A stretch of DNA of 48,510 bases, from NCBI GenBank assembly GCA_007123515.1, contig SKKY01000038.1, forward strand, positions 1 through 48,510, given 5' to 3'. Positions within the stretch are counted from its first letter, which is position 1. The number at the start of each line of letters is the position of its first letter. The notes under the pieces were generated by a model. That model was not told where the DNA came from. It saw only the letters and a program-made list of their open reading frames with translations, and searched no databases. This document shows, piece by piece, positions 8,106 to 16,918 of the stretch. This stretch comes from Clostridia bacterium. Lineage in GTDB: Bacteria; Bacillota; Peptococcia; Peptococcales; SKKY01. The translations under genes were made by a program, and so were the position numbers.

Positions 8106-9962
8106 TTATCCGGCTAATACGGTAAACTGGCTGGTATACAATTCATAGTAGTGACCTTTCTTTAAAAGGAGCGCCTGGTGCGTTCCTTTTTCTATGATCC
8201 GGCCCTGATCCATTACAATAATCAAATCTGCTTCCTTAATGGTTGAAATCCGATGGGCAATGATGATATTCGTCCGGCCTTCCATCAGTTTTCTGGTCGC
8301 TTTTTGAATCATAATCTCCGTACGGGTATCGACATTACTGGTGGCCTCATCAAGAATCAGAATTCTTGGGTTGGTGATAAAGGCTCTGGCAATCGTAATC
8401 AGCTGCTTTTGCCCCTTTGAAATGTTATTGCCGTCTTCATTAATCTCTGTCTCGTATCCATCGGGAAGGCAGGGCACAAAGACATCGAGGTTCGCCATGG
8501 TTGCGGCTTCATAGACCTCTTTTTCGCTGGCCTCCTTGTTTCCGTAGCGAATGTTATCAAAGATCGAACCCTGAAACAGCCAGGTATCCTGTAAGACCAT
8601 ACCGAAATATTTTCTGACTTCATAGCGGCTGATGCGATTGATATCCACATCATCGATTAAAATTTGTCCTTTGGTCACCGGATAGTATTTCATTAAGAGA
8701 TTGACCAGCGTTGTTTTCCCGGAACCGGTGGCTCCGACAATCGCAACGGTTTGCCCTTCTTCCACTGTTAGTGAGAAGTCACGGATAACCGGCTGATCCG
8801 GGCTGTAACCAAAGGTAAGGTGATTAAACTCAATTCTTCCCTTCTTCTGAGACATGCTTTTTGTTTCCTGCTCTTTGGATTCTTCCTCTTCATCTAAGAA
8901 TTCAAAAATCCTTTCGGCAGCAGCTACGGTTGACTGGATAATGTTGGAAATATTAGCCGCCTGCACAATCGGATGACTTAGCTGACGGGTGTATTGGATA
9001 AAGGCCTGTACATCACCGATCGGGATTCGTCCCTGGGAGATCATAATGGCTCCGTATGCGGCGATAAAGACATAGCCAAGATTGTTGATAAAACCCATCA
9101 GCGGCATAATCAGACCGGATAAAAAGTTAGCCTTCCAGCCGGCATCATAAAGGCTTTGGTTAAGCTCCTTAAACCGCTCAAGCGATGCATCTTCATAACC
9201 GTAGGCTTTTACAATCTTATGCCCGGTATACATTTCTTCCGTATGTCCGTTTAATTCTCCAAGATAACTCTGCTGATCCTTATAGTAGCCTTGCGAACGG
9301 GTTACTATCATTTTTGCACCAATCACGCTGAGCACAAGCGTACTCAAAACGATGACCGATAACAGCGGGCTGATGATCAGCATCATCACAATCACACCAA
9401 TAATCGAGATGATGGATGTCATAAACTGGGTAATGCTCTGTTGCAGGGTTCCGCCGATGGTATCGACATCATTAACCACCCGGCTTAGCAAATCCCCCTG
9501 CGACTTATTATCATAAAAGCGAACCGGCAGTCTTTTTAGCTTGGTGCTCATCTGTTCGCGGATGGTGTAGATGATCCTCTGTGATAACCCGGCCAGTACA
9601 TACTGCATAATATAGGTAAAGCCGGCACTTAACAGATAGACCACCGTGAGCACAAGAACAATTCGGCCGATATAGGAAAAATCGAGCGAAGCTCCGGGGA
9701 TGCCGGCAGTGATTTCTAAGTAGCCTTCAAAGATGCGGGTTGTGGCCAGTCCCATAATCCTTGGGCTGATCACGCCGAAAATACTGCTAAATATCGCTAG
9801 GATGCTGACCGAGATCAGTAAGAGGCGATAGGGGTACAAGTAGCCCAGCAGTCTTTTTCCGGTTTTCCTGAAATTTTTTGGCTTTTCCGGCGGAGGGCCA
9901 TCCAGGGGACCGCGACCGAAATTTTTACCCATCGGGGATAGCTGACTTCTTCTGCGACTCAT
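8106..9962 (-). CDS. ABC exporter permease/ATPase fusion (canonical-Walker-B half of a heterodimer)
   Basis: 618 aa with 6 predicted TM segments plus an NBD. Walker A GATGSGKT and Walker B LILDEATS are canonical; the signature motif is degenerate (ISKGQKQ). 4-nt overlap with the upstream partner. Confidence 0.85.
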   Translation of the reverse strand: MSRRRSQLSPMGKNFGRGPLDGPPPEKPKNFRKTGKRLLGYLYPYRLLLISVSILAIFSSIFGVISPRIMGLATTRIFEGYLEITAGIPGASLDFSYIGRIVLVLTVVYLLSAGFTYIMQYVLAGLSQRIIYTIREQMSTKLKRLPVRFYDNKSQGDLLSRVVNDVDTIGGTLQQSITQFMTSIISIIGVIVMMLIISPLLSVIVLSTLVLSVIGAKMIVTRSQGYYKDQQSYLGELNGHTEEMYTGHKIVKAYGYEDASLERFKELNQSLYDAGWKANFLSGLIMPLMGFINNLGYVFIAAYGAIMISQGRIPIGDVQAFIQYTRQLSHPIVQAANISNIIQSTVAAAERIFEFLDEEEESKEQETKSMSQKKGRIEFNHLTFGYSPDQPVIRDFSLTVEEGQTVAIVGATGSGKTTLVNLLMKYYPVTKGQILIDDVDINRISRYEVRKYFGMVLQDTWLFQGSIFDNIRYGNKEASEKEVYEAATMANLDVFVPCLPDGYETEINEDGNNISKGQKQLITIARAFITNPRILILDEATSNVDTRTEIMIQKATRKLMEGRTNIIIAHRISTIKEADLIIVMDQGRIIEKGTHQALLLKKGHYYELYTSQFTVLAG

Positions 9963-11686
9963 GATACTTCCTCCTCAGTCAGCTGAGAGTAAACAATCTC
10001 CCGGTATATTTTTGATTCTTCAAGCAGCTCTTTATGGGTACCGGCTCCGGCTATTTCCCCTTTATGTAAAACAAGGATCAAATCGGCATCCATAATGGTC
10101 GTTACTCGCTGAGCCACCATAATTACGATTGCTTCCCGGGTATCTTCCTGTATTTTTTTTCTGATCAGATAGTCCGTTTTATAGTCCAGCGCTGAGAAAC
10201 TGTCATCGAAAAGATAGACCGAAGGATTCTTCGCAAAGGCTCTGGCCATATTCAGTCGCTGCTTTTGCCCTCCGGAAAGATTTTTTCCGCTTTGATACAC
10301 TTCCGCCTGGTACCCTTTTTCCTGTTCGTTAATAAAGGACTCTAATTGGGCTGCAGCGGCAACCTCGGCCATTTCCTCTTTACTTAACGCCTCACAGGCA
10401 AAGCTAATGTTATCGGCAATGGTTCCGCTTAGGACAAAGCTATCCTGAGGGACATAGCCAATTTGAGCCCGCAGGGATTTCTGGCTGATCTCAGGTAAGG
10501 GAATCCCGTTTATGCGCACCTCGCCGGAAACAGGCTCATAAAATCGCAAAAGGAGATGCAAAAGGCTGGTTTTCCCCGATCCGGTTCCGCCAATAATCCC
10601 GATTTTTTGCCCTTTGCTAACGGTAAAAGATACATCTTTAAGCACTTCTTCCGATTCCGGGCTATAGCGAAAGGAGACCTGTTCATATTCTATGCTTTCG
10701 ATGGCATCGATGTCTGCAGCCTCTTCTGCATCGGTGATTTCAAAATCGAGACCGATGACTTCATTGATTCTTTCAGCAGACACGCTGGCTCTTGGATACA
10801 TAATGAAAATAACGGTGATCATGATAAAGGAAAAAAGAATCAGCATCGCATACTGGATAAAAGCGATCAGGTTACCCACCATCATGGCTCCGGCCTCTAC
10901 CCGCATCGCTCCAAACCAGAGAATGGCGACTGTTGAAAAACTCATAATCAGCATCATCGAGGGCATCATAACCGCCATAATGCGGTTAATGGTGATCGCT
11001 GTCTCCGTCAGATCCTGATTGTTCTCCTTAAATTTATCGAGCTGATCATCCTCACGGATAAAGGCTCGCAAGACCCGGATTCCGGTAATTCTTTCTCTAA
11101 GCAAAAGGTTTAAGTCATCAATGCGTTCCTGCATTTTTTTGTAGAGTACGGTTGTTCTGCGGGTAATACTGATAATGAGCACCACCAGAAATATGACGGC
11201 CACGGCTAAGACTAAAGACAATGACAAATCAACTGAAATCGCCAGAATAATGCCGCCTAAAGCCATAATTGGAGCCCGGATAAACATGCGCAAGGCAAAG
11301 ATTAAGAAATTCTGGACCTGAATGACATCATTTGTGGTTCGGGTAATCAGTGATGAGGTGCCGATAGCATTAAATTCATGAAGAGAAAATCGAGTGGCTT
11401 TTTTAAACAGATCTTCCCGGATCTGATAGGAAATACCGAGTCCGATTTTTGCAGAGTAGTAGGAAGAGATGACGGTACTGATGCCGCCTAAAGCAGCAAT
11501 TCCGAGCATGATAAAGCCGATTCTTATAATATAGGATAAGTCCTGGTTAACCACACCACGGTCAATCATCACTGCCAAAAGTGTTGGCAAAAGCAGTTCT
11601 ACTATTGACTGCATGATTAAAAAAAAGACAACGATGGCCGTCATCCTTTTATAGTGTAATAAGCGTGTAATCATCTGCTTCATCAT
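9959..11686 (-). CDS. ABC exporter permease/ATPase fusion (degenerate-site half of a heterodimer)
   Basis: 575 aa. Walker A GGTGSGKT and canonical signature LSGGQKQR. Walker B is LFDDSFS, with Asp in place of the catalytic Glu. Confidence 0.85.
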   Translation of the reverse strand: MMKQMITRLLHYKRMTAIVVFFLIMQSIVELLLPTLLAVMIDRGVVNQDLSYIIRIGFIMLGIAALGGISTVISSYYSAKIGLGISYQIREDLFKKATRFSLHEFNAIGTSSLITRTTNDVIQVQNFLIFALRMFIRAPIMALGGIILAISVDLSLSLVLAVAVIFLVVLIISITRRTTVLYKKMQERIDDLNLLLRERITGIRVLRAFIREDDQLDKFKENNQDLTETAITINRIMAVMMPSMMLIMSFSTVAILWFGAMRVEAGAMMVGNLIAFIQYAMLILFSFIMITVIFIMYPRASVSAERINEVIGLDFEITDAEEAADIDAIESIEYEQVSFRYSPESEEVLKDVSFTVSKGQKIGIIGGTGSGKTSLLHLLLRFYEPVSGEVRINGIPLPEISQKSLRAQIGYVPQDSFVLSGTIADNISFACEALSKEEMAEVAAAAQLESFINEQEKGYQAEVYQSGKNLSGGQKQRLNMARAFAKNPSVYLFDDSFSALDYKTDYLIRKKIQEDTREAIVIMVAQRVTTIMDADLILVLHKGEIAGAGTHKELLEESKIYREIVYSQLTEEEVS

Positions 11687-11808
11687 GCACCCTCTTCTTT
11701 CTGTAATGATTCTTATCTAAATTATAGACAAGCTGTCAGCGTAAAGCCAGTGTTAGTTGAAAAATACTGTGTACAAGGCTTATATTTCTATCTTCCGTCT
11801 TGTCTTTT

Positions 11809-11817
11809 TGCTATACT
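11809..11817 (+). promoter_or_regulatory. Extended -10 promoter candidate for the EAL gene
   Basis: TG-C-TATACT with no convincing -35. Confidence 0.35.
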
Positions 11818-11901
11818 GTATCAAAATGCATCTGAAGCGAGGGGGCCTGCTATTGTATGGGTCCCCCTTTTACTTGTACCACCGAAGGAGCGATCTGCGC
11901 C

Positions 11902-13122
11902 ATGAGTCGAATTGCAATGTTGATTAAAGAAGAAGCGGTAACCTCTGTTTTTCAGCCGGTCATTTCCATTGATCAGAAAAAAATCATAGGCTTTGAGGCT
12001 TTAGCCAGAGCAAATGCCCCTTTTCATGATCTGACACCGGAAGCGATGTTTGCAGCCGCAGAAGAAGAGGGCTGCCTGTTAGCTTTAGACCGGCTTTGCC
12101 GTAAAAAAGCCATTGAGCATTTTTCTACCTCAGCATACCGGGACTCATTCCTTTTTATCAATCTTAATGCCGGTATCATCGATAAAGATGTTCTTGGTTC
12201 TCTTCACCTTTATCGCTGCGTCACCGAGAACGGCCTGCGGCCAAACCAGGTTGTGATCGAAATCGTTGAATCGAAGGCAAAGGATCTTGACTCCCTGATT
12301 TCTTTTATTTCCTTTTACAGAAATCAGGGTTTTACAATCGCTTTAGATGATATTGGCGCGGCCTATTCTAACCTGGAGCGAATCGCCATTTTAAAACCGG
12401 ATATCCTAAAAATCGACCGTTCTCTGATCGCTGATATTCATAAAGAATTTTATAAAAAAGAGATCTTAAAATCACTGGTCACGCTCGGTAACGGCATCGG
12501 ATCTCTGATCATTGCGGAAGGTGTGGAGAATAAAGACGATGCCTTAGCGGCATTGCATCTTGGCGCAACCATGTTACAAGGGTATCATATCCAACAACCC
12601 TCCGGCATAAAAGAGATCAAACCAGAAGAGATCCTTTGTAAAAAGAATGACTTAGCCAAAGAGTATCGCGCCAGCATCATAGATGCCACCCGAAGCCGCC
12701 GGGAGATCCGTGGCAGTCAGTATCGCTCCATTGATTTGATCACCGGCGATTTTTTAAAACATAAAAAAGACGAGCTGATTCTGGTAATTAACCGGATCTT
12801 TTATGACTATGAAGGAATCGAATGCATTTATGTTCTCGATGAGTATGGATTGCAAATGACAGAAACTATTTTTTCTAAGGAAATTAACCAAAAACAGATC
12901 CGTCCCTTTTACCAGCCTGGTGTGATCGGAACGGATCATTCTATGAAAGATTACTATTATCAAAACCATAATGGCGTTAAAGACTTTTACAGAAGCTGTC
13001 CCTATCTGTCAAGAGCCACCGGAACGAGATGCATTACTGTCTCTAAGGCTGTTTTGACCTCTGATGGTTACTACTGTATGATCTGTATCGACTTTACTGA
13101 AAACAGTCCCCTCTGGCTTTAA
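11902..13122 (+). CDS. EAL-domain c-di-GMP phosphodiesterase with a C-terminal Cache/PAS-like domain
   Basis: EAL signature residues are all present (EALAR, NLN, EIVE, DDIG, KID, EGVE, QGY). The C-terminal ~130 aa carry a Cache-like pattern (G.DHS.KDYY...PY.S..TG...ITVS). The start is set at the ATG 11 nt after GAAGGAG; the track start at 11857 lies inside a hairpin. Confidence 0.8.
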   Translation: MSRIAMLIKEEAVTSVFQPVISIDQKKIIGFEALARANAPFHDLTPEAMFAAAEEEGCLLALDRLCRKKAIEHFSTSAYRDSFLFINLNAGIIDKDVLGSLHLYRCVTENGLRPNQVVIEIVESKAKDLDSLISFISFYRNQGFTIALDDIGAAYSNLERIAILKPDILKIDRSLIADIHKEFYKKEILKSLVTLGNGIGSLIIAEGVENKDDALAALHLGATMLQGYHIQQPSGIKEIKPEEILCKKNDLAKEYRASIIDATRSRREIRGSQYRSIDLITGDFLKHKKDELILVINRIFYDYEGIECIYVLDEYGLQMTETIFSKEINQKQIRPFYQPGVIGTDHSMKDYYYQNHNGVKDFYRSCPYLSRATGTRCITVSKAVLTSDGYYCMICIDFTENSPLWL

Positions 13123-13991
13123 AAGAGCTGCTTGATTTTTGCATCAGTAATGATCAGAACACCGGCTACGATGGTCAGTAATCCAATGATCATCCCAAAA
13201 CTAATGGGTTCATTAAGAAAGACCATGCCCCAAAGCACTCCGAAAAACGGGATTAAAAAGGTAACCGTAATGGCTTTGGTCGGTCCTGCATGTTCGATCA
13301 GGTAGAAATAGAAAAAATAGGCTAAGGCCGTGCAAAAGACGGATAGTCCAATGATAGAAACAATAACCTCTGTATTTATGTATCGATCCGACACAGGAAT
13401 CATGACGGTAGGTAGTACGACTAAGGCTGCGGCCATTTGCTGACCAATCGAGATTGACAGAAAGTTTTCGCCTTTAAAATGTTTTTTTACATAGACACTG
13501 CCCATCCCATAAAAAACAGCGGCTAATATAGAACAGCCAGCTGAGAGAAAAACAATTTTTTCCCTTTGAAGAGGACTCCATCCCATCAGAATTACCACTC
13601 CGGTAAACCCAACGATCATTCCGAATATTTTTTTTAAGGTAATTTCTTCTTTCAGACTAAACCATGCGATCATCGTACCGAAGATCGGCGTCATCGCATT
13701 AAGAATCGAAGCCAATGATGAGGTGAGTGTCAAAGAAGCGACCGCAATCAGGGTGAAGGGAACCGCTGCATTAATCGTACCGAGTATCAGATACTGTCTC
13801 CATCGCTTTAGTATATTGATTTTTTTTCGGGTAAAAAAGGCGTAGGCTAAAAGAACCAACCCGGCGATCAGAACCCGAAGTTCAATAGTAACAAACGGGC
13901 CCAGTGCCGGGGAGGCTATTCTGACAAATAGAAATGAAGCGCCCCACAGGGCTGCTAAAATAAACAGATACGTAAGTTCTCTAAGATTCAT
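13119..13991 (-). CDS. EamA/DMT-family transporter
   Basis: 290 aa, about 10 TM segments with the two-repeat architecture typical of EamA. Confidence 0.75.
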   Translation of the reverse strand: MNLRELTYLFILAALWGASFLFVRIASPALGPFVTIELRVLIAGLVLLAYAFFTRKKINILKRWRQYLILGTINAAVPFTLIAVASLTLTSSLASILNAMTPIFGTMIAWFSLKEEITLKKIFGMIVGFTGVVILMGWSPLQREKIVFLSAGCSILAAVFYGMGSVYVKKHFKGENFLSISIGQQMAAALVVLPTVMIPVSDRYINTEVIVSIIGLSVFCTALAYFFYFYLIEHAGPTKAITVTFLIPFFGVLWGMVFLNEPISFGMIIGLLTIVAGVLIITDAKIKQLF

Positions 13992-14005
13992 ATGTCAATT
14001 CCTTT

Positions 14006-14740
14006 TTACGTGAGCAAATTCTCTATAATGATGATGATAATGACACCCAGCATAAAGCCTGTGGTGGCTTGTTTTTTAAATCCATGACTGTGACTTTCCG
14101 GTAACAGTTCGTGCGACACAACATAAAGCATGGCTCCGGCAGCAAAGGCCAGACCATAGACCAGCACTGCTTCGGTCCAGGTTACCATCCAGAAACCAAT
14201 CAATGTGCCTATCGGCATGGTGAGTCCAGTAGCGGCGGTAATTAAAAGAATTTTCCATCCCGGAAGACCCATTTCTTTAAGCGGAGCCGCCACAATGAGC
14301 CCTTCTGGCATATTGTGTAAGGCAATGGCCGCAAAAATTAAAAAGCCGAGGCCCGGAATCTCCGAACCAAAACTAACACCCACAGCAAATCCTTCCGGCA
14401 GATTATGCAGTGCAATCGCTGAGACAATTAAAATCATCCGGCGTTTGACCTTAATGGTTGCATCACCTAGCTCTCCAAGCTCAAGGTGAGGAACCAATCG
14501 TTCAATCAGGGCAATCACTAAAAAACCAAAGATCAAACCAATAATAATCTGAAATACACCCCCGATTTCAAGGGCTTCGGTAAGCAGGGCCAAAAACGAT
14601 ACGGCCACCATAACACCGGAGGCAAAACCGATCAGTCCGTCTTTCCAGGCATGAGAAATATTCCTTATAAAAATAAGCGGGAGAGCTCCGGCACCGGTAA
14701 GAAGACCGGCAATCAGGCTATACCCTAACGCTTCCATCAT
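14006..14740 (-). CDS. ZIP-family divalent metal transporter (ZupT-like)
   Basis: Repeated HN.PEG motifs (ALHNLPEGFAVG and ALHNMPEGLIVA) and a C-terminal HE motif. The start is moved to the internal ATG because the -10 element overlaps the track start. Confidence 0.8.
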   Translation of the reverse strand: MMEALGYSLIAGLLTGAGALPLIFIRNISHAWKDGLIGFASGVMVAVSFLALLTEALEIGGVFQIIIGLIFGFLVIALIERLVPHLELGELGDATIKVKRRMILIVSAIALHNLPEGFAVGVSFGSEIPGLGFLIFAAIALHNMPEGLIVAAPLKEMGLPGWKILLITAATGLTMPIGTLIGFWMVTWTEAVLVYGLAFAAGAMLYVVSHELLPESHSHGFKKQATTGFMLGVIIIIIIENLLT

Positions 14741-14768
14741 GTAGCACCACATCCTTTTATTAATCCAT

Positions 14769-14784
14769 ATAATCATACCATATT
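14769..14784 (-). promoter_or_regulatory. Extended -10 promoter candidate for the ZIP transporter
   Basis: Minus strand: ATATGGTATGATTAT (TG-n-TATGAT) directly after the terminator. The 16-mer is identical to 6184-6199. Confidence 0.45.
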
Positions 14785-14792
14785 TAGGACAT

Positions 14793-14831
14793 GAAAAAAC
14801 AGGATGGTGATCAAAATGATTACCATCCTGT
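14793..14831 (-). terminator. Rho-independent terminator after the flagellar rod genes
   Basis: 10-bp stem ACAGGATGGT/ACCATCCTGT followed by T6 on the minus strand. Confidence 0.8.
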
Positions 14832-14842
14832 AAAAAGGGTCT

Positions 14843-15178
14843 CTATTTAAGTTGACGATACAGCATATCTGCAAGTCCGATTCCGTTTCCTTTGCTGATC
14901 ATGCCCGCATATTCATCATGAAGCATATCCCGGAACATTTCTTCTGACTGACCGGGTGCCATAAAGTCTTCTTCCGAGGAAAAAGAAGTCGCATTGGCTG
15001 ATTTAAGAATCTCTTTAATAAAAAAGCTCTCCAGCATTTTGCAGGCTTCCATCAGCTTTTTATCATCCTCAATCTTCTGATCAAGAATCTTAGAAAACTC
15101 AGCGGCATCGGGTTCTGCTGTTTTGGTTTTAGCCGGAGCCATCAGGGGTTTCCCGCCTGTAATCTCTCTAATATCCAT
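14843..15178 (-). CDS. Rod-binding protein (FlgJ N-terminal domain only)
   Basis: 111 aa. ESFFIKEILKS ... GIGLADMLYRQL matches the FlgJ rod-binding domain. No muramidase domain is present. Confidence 0.7.
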   Translation of the reverse strand: MDIREITGGKPLMAPAKTKTAEPDAAEFSKILDQKIEDDKKLMEACKMLESFFIKEILKSANATSFSSEEDFMAPGQSEEMFRDMLHDEYAGMISKGNGIGLADMLYRQLK

Positions 15179-15190
15179 TAGCTACCTGCC

Positions 15191-15970
15191 TTATCTTTTA
15201 AGATTATTTGTCATCTGCAAAATATCATCAGAAGCCTGAATCATTTTTGTGCTGATTTCATAGGCTCTTTGTGAAGTAATCATTTTGATCATTTCATCGA
15301 CAATCTGCACATTCGATCTTTCTAAAAACCTCTGTCTGATAAGTCCAAAGCCTTCTTCTCCGGCTTCTCCGTCGATTGGCTCACCGGATGCCTGGGAAGG
15401 CATATAGACACTTCCGCCTTTTTTCTCTAATCCACCCGGATTAGGGAATGTGGTCAGCGCCAGTGTCCCTAATGAAGTCATTTCTCCTCCGACTTCGATC
15501 GCAAAGATTTCTCCTCTTTCATTAACCTGGATTTCTTCGTACTGATCCGGAAGCTGAATTTCTGCTCCGTCGATATCAAGTACTTTAAAACCCTCCGCTG
15601 TAACCAGCACATTTTCAGCATTTAGATTAAATGATCCGTTTCTTGAATAACCGACTTCACCATTAAATTGCTGCACATTATAAAATCCGCGGCCTTCAAT
15701 GGCCATCGCAAATGGATTTTCAACCGCTTCTAAAATACCCTGTGCAAAATCAACCATGGTTGAAGACAGCTTTGCGCCGGTTCCGACTTCAATATTAACC
15801 GGCTTTTCTCTTGTCGCCACCTGCATTCTCTGATACAGCATGTCCTGGAATTCCACTACATTTTTCTTAAATCCTGTGGTATTAACGTTTGCTAAGTTAT
15901 TGGCAATCGTGTCTAACTGCATCTGCTGGGTCTTCATCCCCGAGCCTGCAATACTAAGTGCTCTGATCAT
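15191..15970 (-). CDS. flgG: Flagellar basal-body rod protein FlgG (FlhP-like)
   Basis: 259 aa. N-terminal SGM..Q...D.IANNLANVNTTGFK and the conserved C-terminal rod motif (LE.SNV......M..MI..QRAYE). Confidence 0.85.
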   Translation of the reverse strand: MIRALSIAGSGMKTQQMQLDTIANNLANVNTTGFKKNVVEFQDMLYQRMQVATREKPVNIEVGTGAKLSSTMVDFAQGILEAVENPFAMAIEGRGFYNVQQFNGEVGYSRNGSFNLNAENVLVTAEGFKVLDIDGAEIQLPDQYEEIQVNERGEIFAIEVGGEMTSLGTLALTTFPNPGGLEKKGGSVYMPSQASGEPIDGEAGEEGFGLIRQRFLERSNVQIVDEMIKMITSQRAYEISTKMIQASDDILQMTNNLKR

Positions 15971-16016
15971 ATGATGATTCCTCCATCTTTATCTATAGTA
16001 TGTCCGATCCGGGACG

Positions 16017-16772
16017 TTATGCTCTTCCTACTTCGTTTATCGCTTTTTCAAGGGTTGTATCATACGTCTGTATCATACGCTGGTTCATTTCATAGGCTCT
16101 GGTCAGCGAAATAAACCGGGTCATAGAATCAACCACATTGGCATTGGACTGCTCTAGGAATCCCTGAACCACACGTCCTGTCGTATTGTCAAAGGGAACG
16201 GGTTCATTGCCCTCTGTTGGGAGAAATCGGTTTGATCCCACTTTTACAGGATCTTCTAGATTTACTAGCTGCAACCTGTCCACAAACTCACCATCCAGGA
16301 AAACGTCTCCGTCTTGCTCGATGGAGACTGTCGTACCCTGAAGGGCAATCGGGCCATTTTCGCCCATCACTTCAAGACCGTTGTTATTCACTAAAATTCC
16401 TTCGAAATTTAATTTGAATCCGCCGTCTCTGGTATGGTACTCCTGACCCTCAGCATCTCTTATGGTAAAATAACCTTCTCCGTCAATAGCAAGATCAAGG
16501 TCTCTTTCCGAAGCTGCAATGATGCCCTGCTCATAAATCGTTACCACATCATCCACCATAACACCCCGACTCATGGTACCAATGTTCTTTCGGGTCATGG
16601 ATAAATCTTTATAGTCTATTTCATTTAGCAGCACTTCACGGAAACTCTTCATCACCGTTTCCTGTCTTTTATAGCCTGTCGTCTCGGCATTGGCCATGTT
16701 ATTGGTTTCTATTTCCTGCTTTTGCAGTAAACTGGTAAGCCCGGTTCCGGCTGCATATAATCCTCTTAGCAA
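16017..16772 (-). CDS. Flagellar basal-body rod protein FlgF/FlgG family (FlhO-like)
   Basis: 251 aa with the same rod N- and C-terminal motifs. TTG start preceded by AAAGGAG. Confidence 0.8.
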   Translation of the reverse strand: MLRGLYAAGTGLTSLLQKQEIETNNMANAETTGYKRQETVMKSFREVLLNEIDYKDLSMTRKNIGTMSRGVMVDDVVTIYEQGIIAASERDLDLAIDGEGYFTIRDAEGQEYHTRDGGFKLNFEGILVNNNGLEVMGENGPIALQGTTVSIEQDGDVFLDGEFVDRLQLVNLEDPVKVGSNRFLPTEGNEPVPFDNTTGRVVQGFLEQSNANVVDSMTRFISLTRAYEMNQRMIQTYDTTLEKAINEVGRA

Positions 16773-16864
16773 TGGTCTGTCTCCTTTGTGACTCTCATCT
16801 ATTTTTTCACTACAGTCTTAATCGTTTTAAATAGCAATTTCTTTAGTAAAAGTAAAAAATTTTT

Positions 16865-16896
16865 AAAAAAACTCCCAGCTGCCTTTAGCTGGGAGT
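16865..16896 (-). terminator. Rho-independent terminator after the carboxyltransferase gene
   Basis: 10-bp stem ACTCCCAGCT/AGCTGGGAGT followed by T6-7 on the minus strand. Confidence 0.8.
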
Positions 16897-16918
16897 TACG
16901 TTTGATCTTTTTACTTGT

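Noticed and set aside
10556-11018. Plus-strand ORFs of 108-126 aa inside the ABC exporter gene. Similar antisense ORFs lie at 3526-3711, 3780-3992, 4479-5059, 5413-5805, 14205-14489, 16217-17186, 19125-20223, 20854-21566, 25927-26326, 30778-31137, 32814-33080, 36524-37218, 38022-39489, 46477-46674 and 47245-48052.
   Set aside because: These are shadow ORFs antisense to confidently identified genes. They have low-complexity or odd composition, no SD sequences and no recognisable motifs.
11857-11901. Longer N-terminal extensions offered by the ORF track. Affected genes are EAL at 11857, pxpA at 4511, atpZ at 33782, DUF4127 at 21861, SGNH at 7122, ZIP at 14776, upp at 36363, the carboxyltransferase at 18796 and DUF4040 at 47513.
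   Set aside because: The extensions lack SD sequences, overlap upstream genes or promoter/hairpin elements, and add residues that are not part of the family N-termini. Internal starts with good SD spacing were preferred.
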